Assembly (NCBI GenBank): GCA_951800145.1
Contig: CATOJE010000001.1
Coordinates: forward strand, 59,234 to 123,233
Length of the DNA: 64,000 nucleotides
Direction of reading: 5' to 3'
Source of the DNA: an uncultured Lachnospiraceae bacterium
GTDB taxonomy: Bacteria > Bacillota > Clostridia > Lachnospirales > Lachnospiraceae
Shown here: one piece after another, positions 9,379 to 18,861 of the stretch
Layout: every line of letters begins with the position of its first letter
Position numbering within the stretch: the first letter of the stretch is position 1
Made by a program: the position numbers and the translations under genes
Notes under the pieces: model-generated
Databases searched by the model: none
What the model was told of the DNA's origin: nothing
Seen by the model: the letters and a program-made list of their open reading frames with translations, nothing else

Positions 9379-10170
9379 TCAATCCACCAAAATCCTCCGT
9401 CCCCCCTTTTCTTCTCTCCCGGCGCTTCTTTCGCCCTGGGAAATCTCCTCGATCACCGCGCACATAGCCTGATACAGCTCTTCCCTCCGCCTTCCCGCCA
9501 GTCTTTTGCTTCTCCGTCTAAGATAGTCCTCCAGTATCCCCACCGGCACCACACCCGGGCTTAAAAGACAGGTATAGGCAAACATGCGGTCCTCCGGCTG
9601 CCCGCCCTCTGCCTTCAGGATACACTCTGCAAAATACCGGGTAATGTCCGGGGCCAGTCCCTGTCCGCCCACGCCGCCCCAGTCCGAATCGATCACATTC
9701 ACCGTATCATACACGGTTCCCATATCCGCGAAGCAGGTGTACTGGTCACGAAGCCGCGCCCCCTTCCGCAGGTGAAAGCGGCAGAGCTCGAATGACTGCT
9801 CCTTCTTCTTTTCCTCCCTCTTCTCAGAGGGTTCTAGGCAGAAATTCATCTCATAAGAAAGATAATCCGGGCAGCTCTCATCCAGCCGGATCCTAAGCCG
9901 CAAAACCTGCAGCTGATTAAGCGGCTCATAAAGGATCCGGGTCTCCTCTGGAAGAAGACAGATAAACCGGCCGCATTTCACCATTCCCGGGGCAATGAGC
10001 AGCGCGCCGTCCTCCACCCGGATGCCGCACCCCTGCAAAAATCCCTGCCCATACTCCTGATACTCCAGCTGAAGGTGGGAAAAAGCATAGTCCCGCAGTG
10101 ACCACAAAAGCTCTTTCTTTAGCACCCGCTTTCCCTCAAACAGCGGATACCGATTCTCCTGCTTCTCCAT
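9379..10170 (-). CDS. Conserved protein of the injection-like operon; N-terminus resembles baseplate/fibre-attachment domains
   Basis: PLFEGKRVLKKELL..LRDY...Y..YGQGFLQGCGI..DGALLIAPG pattern; no helicase motifs. Confidence 0.5.
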   Translation of the reverse strand: MEKQENRYPLFEGKRVLKKELLWSLRDYAFSHLQLEYQEYGQGFLQGCGIRVEDGALLIAPGMVKCGRFICLLPEETRILYEPLNQLQVLRLRIRLDESCPDYLSYEMNFCLEPSEKREEKKKEQSFELCRFHLRKGARLRDQYTCFADMGTVYDTVNVIDSDWGGVGGQGLAPDITRYFAECILKAEGGQPEDRMFAYTCLLSPGVVPVGILEDYLRRRSKRLAGRRREELYQAMCAVIEEISQGERSAGREEKGGRRILVD

Positions 10171-10197
10171 CCGTCTGCCTCCTCTCTCTGCGCAAAC

Positions 10198-12831
10198 CTA
10201 CTTCATCCCATCAAAAAAGTTCTGTGTCCACCCATCATGCTCAAAACAGAACCGCTCCTCCCGCCCCAGATACAGCCGCTTCTCCCGGCGATACAAAGGC
10301 ACCACGGAAAACTCCCAGTCCTCCCGCCTTGCCCAGACGAAAAACCTTACCTCCCGCTCCCCGATGTCATCGGTGTCCGCCTGGAGGATATGCTCTCCGT
10401 AAATCCCATATATGTCCTCATACCGCTTTTCCTCAAAATCCACCAGGCTGCTGCGGCAGGTATATTGATACCGCTCCCTTCCATCCACATCTTTTAAATA
10501 CAGCTTCAGGGTCAAGTCCTCCATATTTCGGGAGATCCTCCCGCTCTTAACATCCTTCTTCAGGCAGCGGATCAATACCCGCTCCTCCCCATGGTGGGTA
10601 TAGGCGGTAACCTGATACGGCAGCACCGGCTCCTCTGTTTGGATGTCCACATCGGCGAAGCCGTATTTCTTGTCCTTCAGGTAGGCCAGAGCGCCGTCCA
10701 CGCAGGTCATCTTCAGCTCCGCATCCCGGCTTATCCCCGGGACCTGTCTGGCAAACTGGATGGTGCGCCCCGGGACAAACTCCTTTAAGGCGTCCCGGAA
10801 CAGGCCGATCTTACAGGACTGTCCGGTCAGCCGGATGAGAGAATACTCCTCCAGCGTCCCCTCCTCGTACATCCTTCCCATAAACCGAAGAACCACCCCG
10901 TAAATATCGGCTTTCAGCAGCAGCTCTAATTCATAGATGCTGATAAAAACCGCCGGGAACTCCTTCACCAGCTCCAGGCCCCGGCCCTTATCCCTGCAGA
11001 CGGACAGCCGCCACGGATCCACCGGCAGCCAGGTGACCGCATTCTCTTCCACCTTCCGGGAGGATAATGCCACCCGCAACGTCCCCATCCGGTGATAAAA
11101 TTCCTTTTTCACCCGCTCCGCCAAGCGGAAGAGAAGGTAAAAGTTATTCTTCACCTGATAGTATTCCCGCCGGCCCTGGTGTTCAAATATAGAAAACTGG
11201 GTGGGAAGATACTCCTCCGCCTTCCGGTACTCCTCTTCCAATTCCCTGTAAATCGCCTCCGCCCCGTGCTGATCCACATAGCGGTACACATCCCGGTCAT
11301 ATCCGGCCAGCAGCTCCCCCTCCGGCTTCAGTGCCAAAGGGCAGATACGATTCACCACAGCGATCTTTAACAGCTGCAGGATCCGGTAGGTCAGGTTATT
11401 CCCGCCGAAATCCGTGTCCCCGTTTTCATAAGCCATATCCATCTCGATCCGGTAAGCCGTCTGCTTATCCCATACCCGGAAGCGGCAGGAGCAGAGATCC
11501 GTGGTCCCTCCCCCACAGTCCAGGATCAATGCCCGGTATTCCTCCCCTTCCTCCAGGCTCCCCCTTTCCACCATGCCGGATATGGTGTGGTACAGCACAG
11601 CGGCCCCTTCATCGATCCGATCCTTTTCCCCTGCTTGGTACTCTGGCAGGAGTTCCCCGAAAAGCTTCCCAAACCGCGCCTTCTGCTTCACCGGGCAGGA
11701 AATATGTACGGAATCCACCTGACATTTGAACCGGTTGGCCACCGCCTGGATCACATAGGTGAGATAAGCTTTCAGGATCTCCTTTCTGGAAACAAACTGC
11801 CTGCGCCCCTCCCGGTCCGTGATCTCCTCCTGCCGTTCCACATCTCCTATCCAGCGCTTGATGTCATAAAACACGCAAAAGCCCTCATCCAGATAGCTGG
11901 AATCCGCCAGGCGGATGGCATCATAACCAAATAAATACTCCGGCTCCCCCTCCGCCAGGCTGCGGACGCCAACTACACTGGGGAGAAGATTCGTTTCCTC
12001 CCAATGACCGGAGGAATCATAAAATACCGCATAATTAGCCTGATCCCGTTTCAGCCCCCGCTCCCCATCCTTCAGCCCGGACTGTTCAAAAAACTGGCCG
12101 TCCAGGAATACACTGGCCGTGGTATTCGAGGTTCCAAAGTCTATGGCCGCAGATAATGGCAGGGGCAAAGGCTTCCTTACCTGGAAATTCACCAAGGGGA
12201 TCCGGTAAACATCCAGGGACTGAGGAACCGCCTCACAGCTGCCCCGGTAAACCTGGTAGAGCAGATCCGATTCCCGCCGCCCCATACAGTACAGGCTGTA
12301 ATTCTTAATCTCCGACTCCCGGCAGGGCATCCCCGCCTCCATGGTCAGATACAGGCAGTCCCTCCTGCCGCCCATGGGAACCAGGTTCATGACTGCGCAT
12401 ACGCTCCCATCCCCGCCCAGGATAAGGGCATTGGTCCCTGCCAGCTCCCTCACATAAGGCAGCTTCAAGCCGTCATAAAATCCTACTGCCAGGCCTTCAT
12501 ACACCATGATTTTCGAGCTGCAGGCCAGAGACCGCTCCCTCCGCTCTGACAGGCGGCTCTCCCGAAATACCCGCTCCAACGCTTCCAGGCCCGCGTCATC
12601 CTTCTTTTGAATCAGGAAATATTCATCGGCTCCCCAGAACCGCAGGATGACCCGGATCAGTTCCTCTTGATCCATAGGGTTCACCACTCCCTGGATCAGC
12701 TTCTCCCGGCGGCAAATTTCCCGGAGCTGGAAGGTGGTCATCCCCAAAAGCTCCGCCTTGTGATATCGCCTTTCCTCTTTTTCCTCAGGTTCCATTGTCC
12801 TTTTCATCAAACGGTAGCCATATTTATCCAT
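10198..12831 (-). CDS. Hsp70/actin-fold ATPase (SrfB-like 'molecular chaperone')
   Basis: Phosphate-1 AIDFGTSNT, IDEGAA, phosphate-2 LDCGGGTTDL, FGGNNLT, LTGQS; 877 aa. Confidence 0.8.
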   Translation of the reverse strand: MDKYGYRLMKRTMEPEEKEERRYHKAELLGMTTFQLREICRREKLIQGVVNPMDQEELIRVILRFWGADEYFLIQKKDDAGLEALERVFRESRLSERRERSLACSSKIMVYEGLAVGFYDGLKLPYVRELAGTNALILGGDGSVCAVMNLVPMGGRRDCLYLTMEAGMPCRESEIKNYSLYCMGRRESDLLYQVYRGSCEAVPQSLDVYRIPLVNFQVRKPLPLPLSAAIDFGTSNTTASVFLDGQFFEQSGLKDGERGLKRDQANYAVFYDSSGHWEETNLLPSVVGVRSLAEGEPEYLFGYDAIRLADSSYLDEGFCVFYDIKRWIGDVERQEEITDREGRRQFVSRKEILKAYLTYVIQAVANRFKCQVDSVHISCPVKQKARFGKLFGELLPEYQAGEKDRIDEGAAVLYHTISGMVERGSLEEGEEYRALILDCGGGTTDLCSCRFRVWDKQTAYRIEMDMAYENGDTDFGGNNLTYRILQLLKIAVVNRICPLALKPEGELLAGYDRDVYRYVDQHGAEAIYRELEEEYRKAEEYLPTQFSIFEHQGRREYYQVKNNFYLLFRLAERVKKEFYHRMGTLRVALSSRKVEENAVTWLPVDPWRLSVCRDKGRGLELVKEFPAVFISIYELELLLKADIYGVVLRFMGRMYEEGTLEEYSLIRLTGQSCKIGLFRDALKEFVPGRTIQFARQVPGISRDAELKMTCVDGALAYLKDKKYGFADVDIQTEEPVLPYQVTAYTHHGEERVLIRCLKKDVKSGRISRNMEDLTLKLYLKDVDGRERYQYTCRSSLVDFEEKRYEDIYGIYGEHILQADTDDIGEREVRFFVWARREDWEFSVVPLYRREKRLYLGREERFCFEHDGWTQNFFDGMK

Positions 12832-12892
12832 GGTTTGCCTCCCATTCCTCTATATGTGCTCTCGGAATCTCTTTATGCCTGATTTTGTGAGA

Positions 12893-12977
12893 TGATTTTT
12901 TGTCAGATGTACACAAATTTAAGAGGCGTACGCGGAACGTACGTTGATTAAATTTGTGTACGTCTGGCGGAAAATCA
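12893..12977 (+). repeat. Long palindromic element (29-bp outer stem plus 8-bp inner stem)
   Basis: Arms 12894-12922 and 12948-12976; 4 mismatches, all G-T pairs on the plus strand. Confidence 0.85.
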
Positions 12978-13035
12978 GCCGCAAAAGTAATGAATATAGG
13001 CAGGAAAGTAATTTTTCTTTTCTCTAATAAAGTAT
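12978..13035 (-). pseudogene. Short N-terminal remnant of an immunity-like paralog (B')
   Basis: LLEKRK and YFPAYIHYFC match LLKKRK and YLPAYIQYKC of the 13787-14328 gene, with the TM segment deleted. Confidence 0.5.
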
Positions 13036-13653
13036 GTATCTTGGATCTGGCCATTGCTTTAAAAAATACCATCCTTCCCCTAACGAATTAAATTCATACA
13101 AATACATTTCATTTACATTTAAACTTAAAGGTACTTTGGGTGAATAAATAAACTTTAGTGACATATTTGCTGTGTCATAGTAATACAATTCAACAACAAT
13201 AATCTGCGATTTAGGCATTATACCAAAATTTCCCGCAAAATTTCCTGATACCGTAATTTCACATCCATCTTTTGGATAATTCCGGCTCTTGATTGATAAT
13301 CGTAAAAAATCCGTCAAGGGATTCTTTGATTCTATAATCTTCGATTGATTTAAATAGTCATCCCTTAAATAGTATATCGTCTCTATTCCAAATTTCTCTG
13401 CCGAAAACTCTACCGATTTAAAATCCCAGTTCTCTATACTTTGATAAAAGTCCTCTATCCTCCTAAATTTATCTCTATGCTTTAAAAATACGTCTTCCCA
13501 ATATTCTCCACTCAAAAAGGTTCTTTTTTCCGGCGGAAATATCATATGGCGATAGTGAAGGACATAAAATGAAAGGGAATAATATATAATAGTGGTTAAT
13601 ACTATAGAGGATAGAATTCCGCATAAATAGATAATAATATATCGTTTCTTCAC
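13024..13653 (-). CDS. Membrane-anchored hypothetical protein, immunity-like (paralog A)
   Basis: N-terminal TM, C-terminal FIYSP...LGEGWYF; AT-rich. Confidence 0.65.
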   Translation of the reverse strand: MKKRYIIIYLCGILSSIVLTTIIYYSLSFYVLHYRHMIFPPEKRTFLSGEYWEDVFLKHRDKFRRIEDFYQSIENWDFKSVEFSAEKFGIETIYYLRDDYLNQSKIIESKNPLTDFLRLSIKSRNYPKDGCEITVSGNFAGNFGIMPKSQIIVVELYYYDTANMSLKFIYSPKVPLSLNVNEMYLYEFNSLGEGWYFLKQWPDPRYILY

Positions 13654-13786
13654 AAGTGATTATCCTTTCGATATTGTTTATCTTTTATTTTAAAGAAATT
13701 TACCTCGTTACTTTATTACAATAACAACACCTTTTTATAATTTCCCTTTCAATTATCGCAATTTTTAAGTCATCATATACCATCAC

Positions 13787-14328
13787 TTATCCCCCGCTGG
13801 AAGTCTTTTTCAATTTGATTGGCTCATAATGATAAATTACAAAATACCAGTCATCTTCTAACTGCTCTGAATAAACAAAATTCTCTTCTTCGATTTGAAT
13901 TCCTGGAGCGTACAGAAAGGAAACAAGATCTTCCCCCTCCTGATATCGTCCTATATATCCAAATACCGCCCATCTATCCCATACAAGTCAATTTCGTCTA
14001 AGTCGCCGTGAATAAACACATCGATACCATATCTTTTCTCCGTTACAAAATCCCAGCTCCTGTCCTCCTGAAAAAACTTCTCCATCTCTTCAAATTCAAG
14101 ACGATTGTCAAAAAAATACGTTCGCATCCGCTCCGCATCGTGGTAGTGCGCTTCCTCTATTCTCCAGCACTTGTATTGAATATAGGCAGGGAGATAGGTA
14201 AACAGGAGAAAATGAGTGAGCGCTACCACCGGCAGCGTAAAAAATCCGGCCAGGAATATTATAATTGATTTTCTTTTCTTTAATAACATACGCATCTTGG
14301 ATCTGGTCATTGTTTTAAAAAATACCAT
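13787..14328 (-). pseudogene. Frameshifted membrane-anchored immunity-like protein (paralog B)
   Basis: ORF stops at 13951, but the +1 frame continues GGIWIYRT...FLYAPG...QLEDDWYFVIYH to TAA at 13787, the same C-terminal motif type as paralog A. Confidence 0.6.
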
Positions 14329-14410
14329 CCTTCCCCCAACGAATCAAATTCATACAAGTATATTTCACTTATATTTAAACTTAAAGGTGCTCTCCCCGGT
14401 ATCACAAAAC
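14269..14410 (-). pseudogene. 3' remnant of a second copy of paralog A (A')
   Basis: 14269-14388 aligns without gaps to 13013-13132 (about 13 mismatches in 120 nt by hand count); Trp codon changed to TGA. Confidence 0.75.
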
Positions 14411-14419
14411 CTAACTTTA

Positions 14420-16420
14420 TCACCATCTCAGCTTTTTACAGCTCTCGCTAATTCGTTCTTCAATCCGTCTATATTTCTTCGAAACCTCTGGCATATTAAT
14501 AATCCCTGAATAGTTAAGTGAGTTTTTAACTCCAAATAAAAGATGCATTACGATCATTGATTTACCAAATGCTGTTCGATATGACGGCAAATCGATAATT
14601 CCATTGGGTTTAAAAAATATTTTTTCTTCTTCCTCTCGCAAATAGTCGATATATTCTAATAAATCCAGAAAAATTTTATATTGCTCTCTTTGTATTAACA
14701 ATTCATAGCTTGATTGACGGCTATATGAATCCTCTCTTCCGTCATACTCACGCCAGGCGCATTCCCGGAGCATTTCAAGAAGGACACTGTCTCTTCTTAG
14801 CATTGCCATAAGTTCATATCCACGCGGCGACATGTAAAGCTTTGTCTCATTGCACAAAGAAGCTTCTGTATCTAATGTTTCAATATCATCTATATCTTCG
14901 ATGGATTTTCTCAATACTTTCTTTTCAAAAAGAAATACTAACGCGCGATAAAATTTTTCTTTACATTCATCATCAAAAATTGTAGACCAATGCTGGCAGA
15001 TCCGATCTAATCTTTGAGCATTTAAACCATATGTTACTTCCTGTGTTGCCTCTTCCTTTTGCTCATATTTAATAAAATATTTCATAACAAGCAAACAATA
15101 AATACTATAATCTTCATTTTCAGAAGATAAAAATATATTTGGAATAACTGAATCCTCTGTTCCAGTAAATACAGCCGAATTGTTACATCCTATCGAACGA
15201 ATAATATTTATATTGTTAAAAGTATATTCTCGCGAATTAACCGAAAAAAAAGCATCCTTTAAACGATTTCCCTGCACCCAAAATCGATTCGCAAATATTC
15301 GGGAATAAGTGGCCAGCGCTTCACGAATATTCATAAAGCACAAATTGAGGATCATATCTTTATATTTTCCTTCAAATGCATCGTTAAGATATTCCAATTC
15401 TCTATAGCAATCATCCCAAGAGTCCTTATTACCGATCTCTTTGTTAGAAGACTTTGTATAATAATCAAATCGCTTTTTGAAAAGTACACTTAAATCAATC
15501 GCGTTTTTCTTTAGAACCGTATTTGTCACGATTGAAAAAGCTTCCAATCTTCTCAATGTCGCGTTAAACTCACATTTTTGATATAGTCTTAATGTATGCG
15601 GACGAATAGAGATAAGCAAATTAATTCGGTATTCTGAATCATCAGGAAAATCTGTATTATTCATACATTCAAACAAATGCAAATATGCTTCAATTACTAA
15701 ATCTTGTTGCTTTTCCGGTAATGTTTCAACATCATCTAAAAGAATAACCAATCGGTCGTATGTAGAATATTTACATTTGATAAAATATTTCAATTTATTA
15801 GCAGCGTACTCAAATGGATGCTCCTTTTCCGCATATTTCAATTTAGCTTTTATTTCATCATCGTATGATAAATTCATAAGAGATAAATCATTCTTCATTT
15901 CAAGGATTCTTGGAGTATGCTTTCTTATAAATACATAAAATGATCTTCTGCCTTCTTCTGTCCGCACTACATCACGTAGTTCTGGATGAGCTTCTTCGAG
16001 TGTAGTACAAACTGCTGCAATACGCCCTTCAATGTCAAGAGATTCCGGTTCCTTTTTTCTGGCTCCATCAAAAAAAGTAGGAAAAACGACGATACATTTA
16101 TTTGGTGTTCTCTGCGATTGAGTCGTAAGACGTGAAACATTACTCACTCCAAGATTAAGGCAATGGCGGATGGACGTTGTTTTTCCTATTCCTGTATATC
16201 CCACACAAAATTTCATGGAATTTCGAATCGAATTCAAAAAGCTATTCAATGAATTTTCAAAATTTTCATCCGTTACATATAATTCTTCAAACGTCTTATC
16301 ATTGGTTGGCATTGGTTCTCCTATGAATAAGTTATCAAATTGATATTTGAATTTCCTGTAAATATCATTTTCTCCAACATCGCCTACGATCGTAACATGA
16401 TCACAAATTCTGTAACGCAT
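14420..16420 (-). CDS. P-loop NTPase (STAND/KAP/ORC-like), candidate conflict or defence protein
   Basis: Walker A GYTGIGKT, Walker B LVILLDDVE, LLISIR sensor; strongly AT-rich. Confidence 0.75.
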   Translation of the reverse strand: MRYRICDHVTIVGDVGENDIYRKFKYQFDNLFIGEPMPTNDKTFEELYVTDENFENSLNSFLNSIRNSMKFCVGYTGIGKTTSIRHCLNLGVSNVSRLTTQSQRTPNKCIVVFPTFFDGARKKEPESLDIEGRIAAVCTTLEEAHPELRDVVRTEEGRRSFYVFIRKHTPRILEMKNDLSLMNLSYDDEIKAKLKYAEKEHPFEYAANKLKYFIKCKYSTYDRLVILLDDVETLPEKQQDLVIEAYLHLFECMNNTDFPDDSEYRINLLISIRPHTLRLYQKCEFNATLRRLEAFSIVTNTVLKKNAIDLSVLFKKRFDYYTKSSNKEIGNKDSWDDCYRELEYLNDAFEGKYKDMILNLCFMNIREALATYSRIFANRFWVQGNRLKDAFFSVNSREYTFNNINIIRSIGCNNSAVFTGTEDSVIPNIFLSSENEDYSIYCLLVMKYFIKYEQKEEATQEVTYGLNAQRLDRICQHWSTIFDDECKEKFYRALVFLFEKKVLRKSIEDIDDIETLDTEASLCNETKLYMSPRGYELMAMLRRDSVLLEMLRECAWREYDGREDSYSRQSSYELLIQREQYKIFLDLLEYIDYLREEEEKIFFKPNGIIDLPSYRTAFGKSMIVMHLLFGVKNSLNYSGIINMPEVSKKYRRIEERISESCKKLRW

Positions 16421-16426
16421 TATACT

Positions 16427-17104
16427 TCATCCCCTTCTTCTATTTTTATCTATTTTAAATGATACCTGTCCTTCCACTAAATTAATTTGCATTAAATACT
16501 TTCCTGTATAGTTTTTCTCTTGAATGTCCTGAATGGAATAAGTGATTTTTTTCTCAAAAAACATACTGCCATCTGATGAATCATATAATATGAAATATAA
16601 ATTTTTCGATTCTCCAGGAGAAAGCCTCTGGCAAATCAGTTTATTTTCAATTTTACAGTTAGACGCAATGCTTTTCCCAATATTTTCCATTCTGGCATAT
16701 ATAATCCTATATCTGTCATTTTTTACTCCGATTTTAACTTTAGGATTTTCACTTATATGCTTATTTTTTCTTACCCCACTGATATTTTTCTCTTGGCAAG
16801 GTTCAATTAATATTTGTGGGATTTCACTCCTTTTTTCTATCACTAACTTAACGTATGAAGTTACTACCGCTGAAATAATGATATTCATTACTCCAGCAAC
16901 ATACGGAAGAAATCTCTTACATATAGAAACTGCAAAGTTGCTCTGAAATTGATTCATTAAAAGCTCTATTAAAGCTGGTTGAATATATTTAAATACAATC
17001 CATAACATAATAAAAAGCAATATAAATAACCCTATTAAAATACCATTCTGTATCAATCCTTCCCTTTTTTTATTTTCCATGATATAACCTTCTTTCTGGT
17101 GCAT
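16427..17104 (-). CDS. 2-TM hypothetical protein coupled to the NTPase
   Basis: Two N-terminal hydrophobic helices then a beta-rich domain; 6 nt from the NTPase start; likely start 17080. Confidence 0.65.
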   Translation of the reverse strand: MHQKEGYIMENKKREGLIQNGILIGLFILLFIMLWIVFKYIQPALIELLMNQFQSNFAVSICKRFLPYVAGVMNIIISAVVTSYVKLVIEKRSEIPQILIEPCQEKNISGVRKNKHISENPKVKIGVKNDRYRIIYARMENIGKSIASNCKIENKLICQRLSPGESKNLYFILYDSSDGSMFFEKKITYSIQDIQEKNYTGKYLMQINLVEGQVSFKIDKNRRRG

Positions 17105-17156
17105 TCTATCATTTTAATCTTTTCTTTATATCTATCCTCTTAGTAAAACCATTGCA

Positions 17157-17753
17157 TTAGAAATAAACTTTTTCTCCAGAGAATATCTCCAACACCTCTC
17201 CCATAAACTCCCCCACCCAGCACCGCTCCACCTGTTCCAGCCCCCGGATCTGCCGGATACGGGGAAATAATCCCTCCAGCATCGGCGCCAGCAGTCCCCG
17301 GGAAACCAGATAAAACTCCTCCCCCAGGGAATAAAGGAGCTTATCCAGCCTGCTGCCCTCCACCCGGGTCTGACGGGCAAATTCCCGGGTCAGCTTCTCC
17401 CGAAGCTCCCGAAAGCAGGATGATACCAGAAGAAAATCCCACCCACATCCACATTCCATCGGTGAGCTCCGTCCCCTCTCATCATAAAGATCCACCCGAT
17501 AGGGCAGCACTTCCAGCAATGTGGAGGTCCGCAGGTACGAGACCGCCAGATACATGGCCGGCCCGGCAGCCTGTCCGGACTCCAGCTGACGGTAATGCTC
17601 TGCCGCTGATTCCAGGCAGCATAGAAAGGAGCTCTCTGTATCTGGGCGCCGCAGCTCATACTCCCTGAAAATCTTCTCCCTGGCACTCGCCAGCTCTTCC
17701 CAGGCCAGGCGATCCATCTCCTGGAGGAACTTCTTTGCCAGCTTGTCTTCCAT
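17157..17753 (-). CDS. Conserved hypothetical protein of the injection-like operon
   Basis: SYLRTS...YRVDLYD...EC..W and VGEFMG motifs, recalled from N-termini of pentapeptide-repeat proteins in similar loci. Confidence 0.55.
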   Translation of the reverse strand: MEDKLAKKFLQEMDRLAWEELASAREKIFREYELRRPDTESSFLCCLESAAEHYRQLESGQAAGPAMYLAVSYLRTSTLLEVLPYRVDLYDERGRSSPMECGCGWDFLLVSSCFRELREKLTREFARQTRVEGSRLDKLLYSLGEEFYLVSRGLLAPMLEGLFPRIRQIRGLEQVERCWVGEFMGEVLEIFSGEKVYF

Positions 17754-17765
17754 ACTTCTCTCCCC

Positions 17766-18295
17766 CTAACCTTTCACCGGAAGCAGCTCCAGCTTAAAAT
17801 CCATGATTCCCCGCCGCAGCAGGCTTTCCGCCACATCCAGCCGGATCACCACGATCCGGTTCTCAGTCCCTCCAACCCGGAAAATACCGGCATCCCCGAT
17901 GGCCTCCCGATCCAGAACACACTTCTCCACCCGATTACCCCAGCGGTTCCACTGACTCTCTGAAGAAAGGCAGGAAATCCGCTGGAAAATCGGCGCGTAG
18001 TAAATGCAGTATGCATCCTTCTGGTTATGGATCAGAAACAATTCCTTAAACCGGAGCAGAGGATCGTAAAGGGAAAAACCTCCTTCATCTCCTCCCGAAC
18101 CAGATAAATCTGCTGTTCCAGGACACTAGGAAAGTCGCAGTCCTGATCCGAAGAGATAAAGGCCGGATTATGATCTGGAATCCGCCGGCCGCCCTCTATG
18201 TACAGATCTTCTTCCCGCCTGATGATATCCCGCAGGTTGCGGATATAGGGCAGATGGCGGTATCGGTTATCCTGTGTTAAACGAAAATACTCCAT
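17766..18295 (-). pseudogene. Imm11/DUF1629-like adaptor, split by a -1 frameshift
   Basis: Adding one T to the T5 run at about 18074-18078 gives KEVFSLYDPLLRFKELFLIH and joins the two ORFs; C-terminus VIRLDVAESLLRR. Confidence 0.7.
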
Positions 18296-18858
18296 TACAT
18301 CCCCCAAAGCAGTATCCTTACCGTAATTACCTTAATCAGTTGATGCAGCATAAAATTGAAAACGGCAAAGAATATAACCATCGGTACACTGCAGCCTCCC
18401 AGCCTTCATAATTCTGCCTGCGTCTGAAAGTCCTTCTCTTTCTCTTTGCACTGATAGCTGTCCATCAGTCCCTTGAGCCGCCTCCAATAAATTTTATCGG
18501 CAAAAAATCCCATCATCGGGAAATAAATCAACGCATATAAAACCACACAGACGATTTGCATAAAGTAATATGATCTAGGCCCCATTTCATATAAATATTG
18601 TACCGATACCACGATTGGTATAATCTCCAAACATACATATTCGATCACCGCCAATATAATTGCTTCTACCACCATGATTCGGTAGATCAGCCAATAGGGC
18701 CCGCAGAGGGCTGCGGCTAAATTATATGCTTTCCGCTTATCCTCAATTAAGGCAAAACGGCGTAAATAATCCTTCTCCTTGCCCAGACAGCAAATGATGT
18801 CCGATACACGGTATCCACCGATTTTTCTCTCTTCTCTTTTGCTTTCTTCCTTTTCCAT
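18295..18858 (-). pseudogene. DUF2628-like membrane protein with a premature stop
   Basis: YNLAAALCGPYWLIYR motif. In-frame readthrough of TGA at 18406 gives RLGGCS plus a TM, ending TAA at 18295 overlapping the next ATG. Confidence 0.7.
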
Positions 18859-18861
18859 GCT

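Noticed and set aside
6955-12897. GATTTTGTGAG inverted match between about 6958-6968 and 12881-12891 as element ends
   Set aside because: Only an 11-nt core, no target duplication or transposase; plausibly chance.
12824-13072. 82-aa ORF as a real gene
   Set aside because: It is a chimera of the A 3' end, the B' remnant and the hairpin read in one frame.
18406-18408. TGA as selenocysteine or recoded codon
   Set aside because: The position is not a Cys-type catalytic site, I see no clear SECIS hairpin, and TGA is a normal stop elsewhere in the window.
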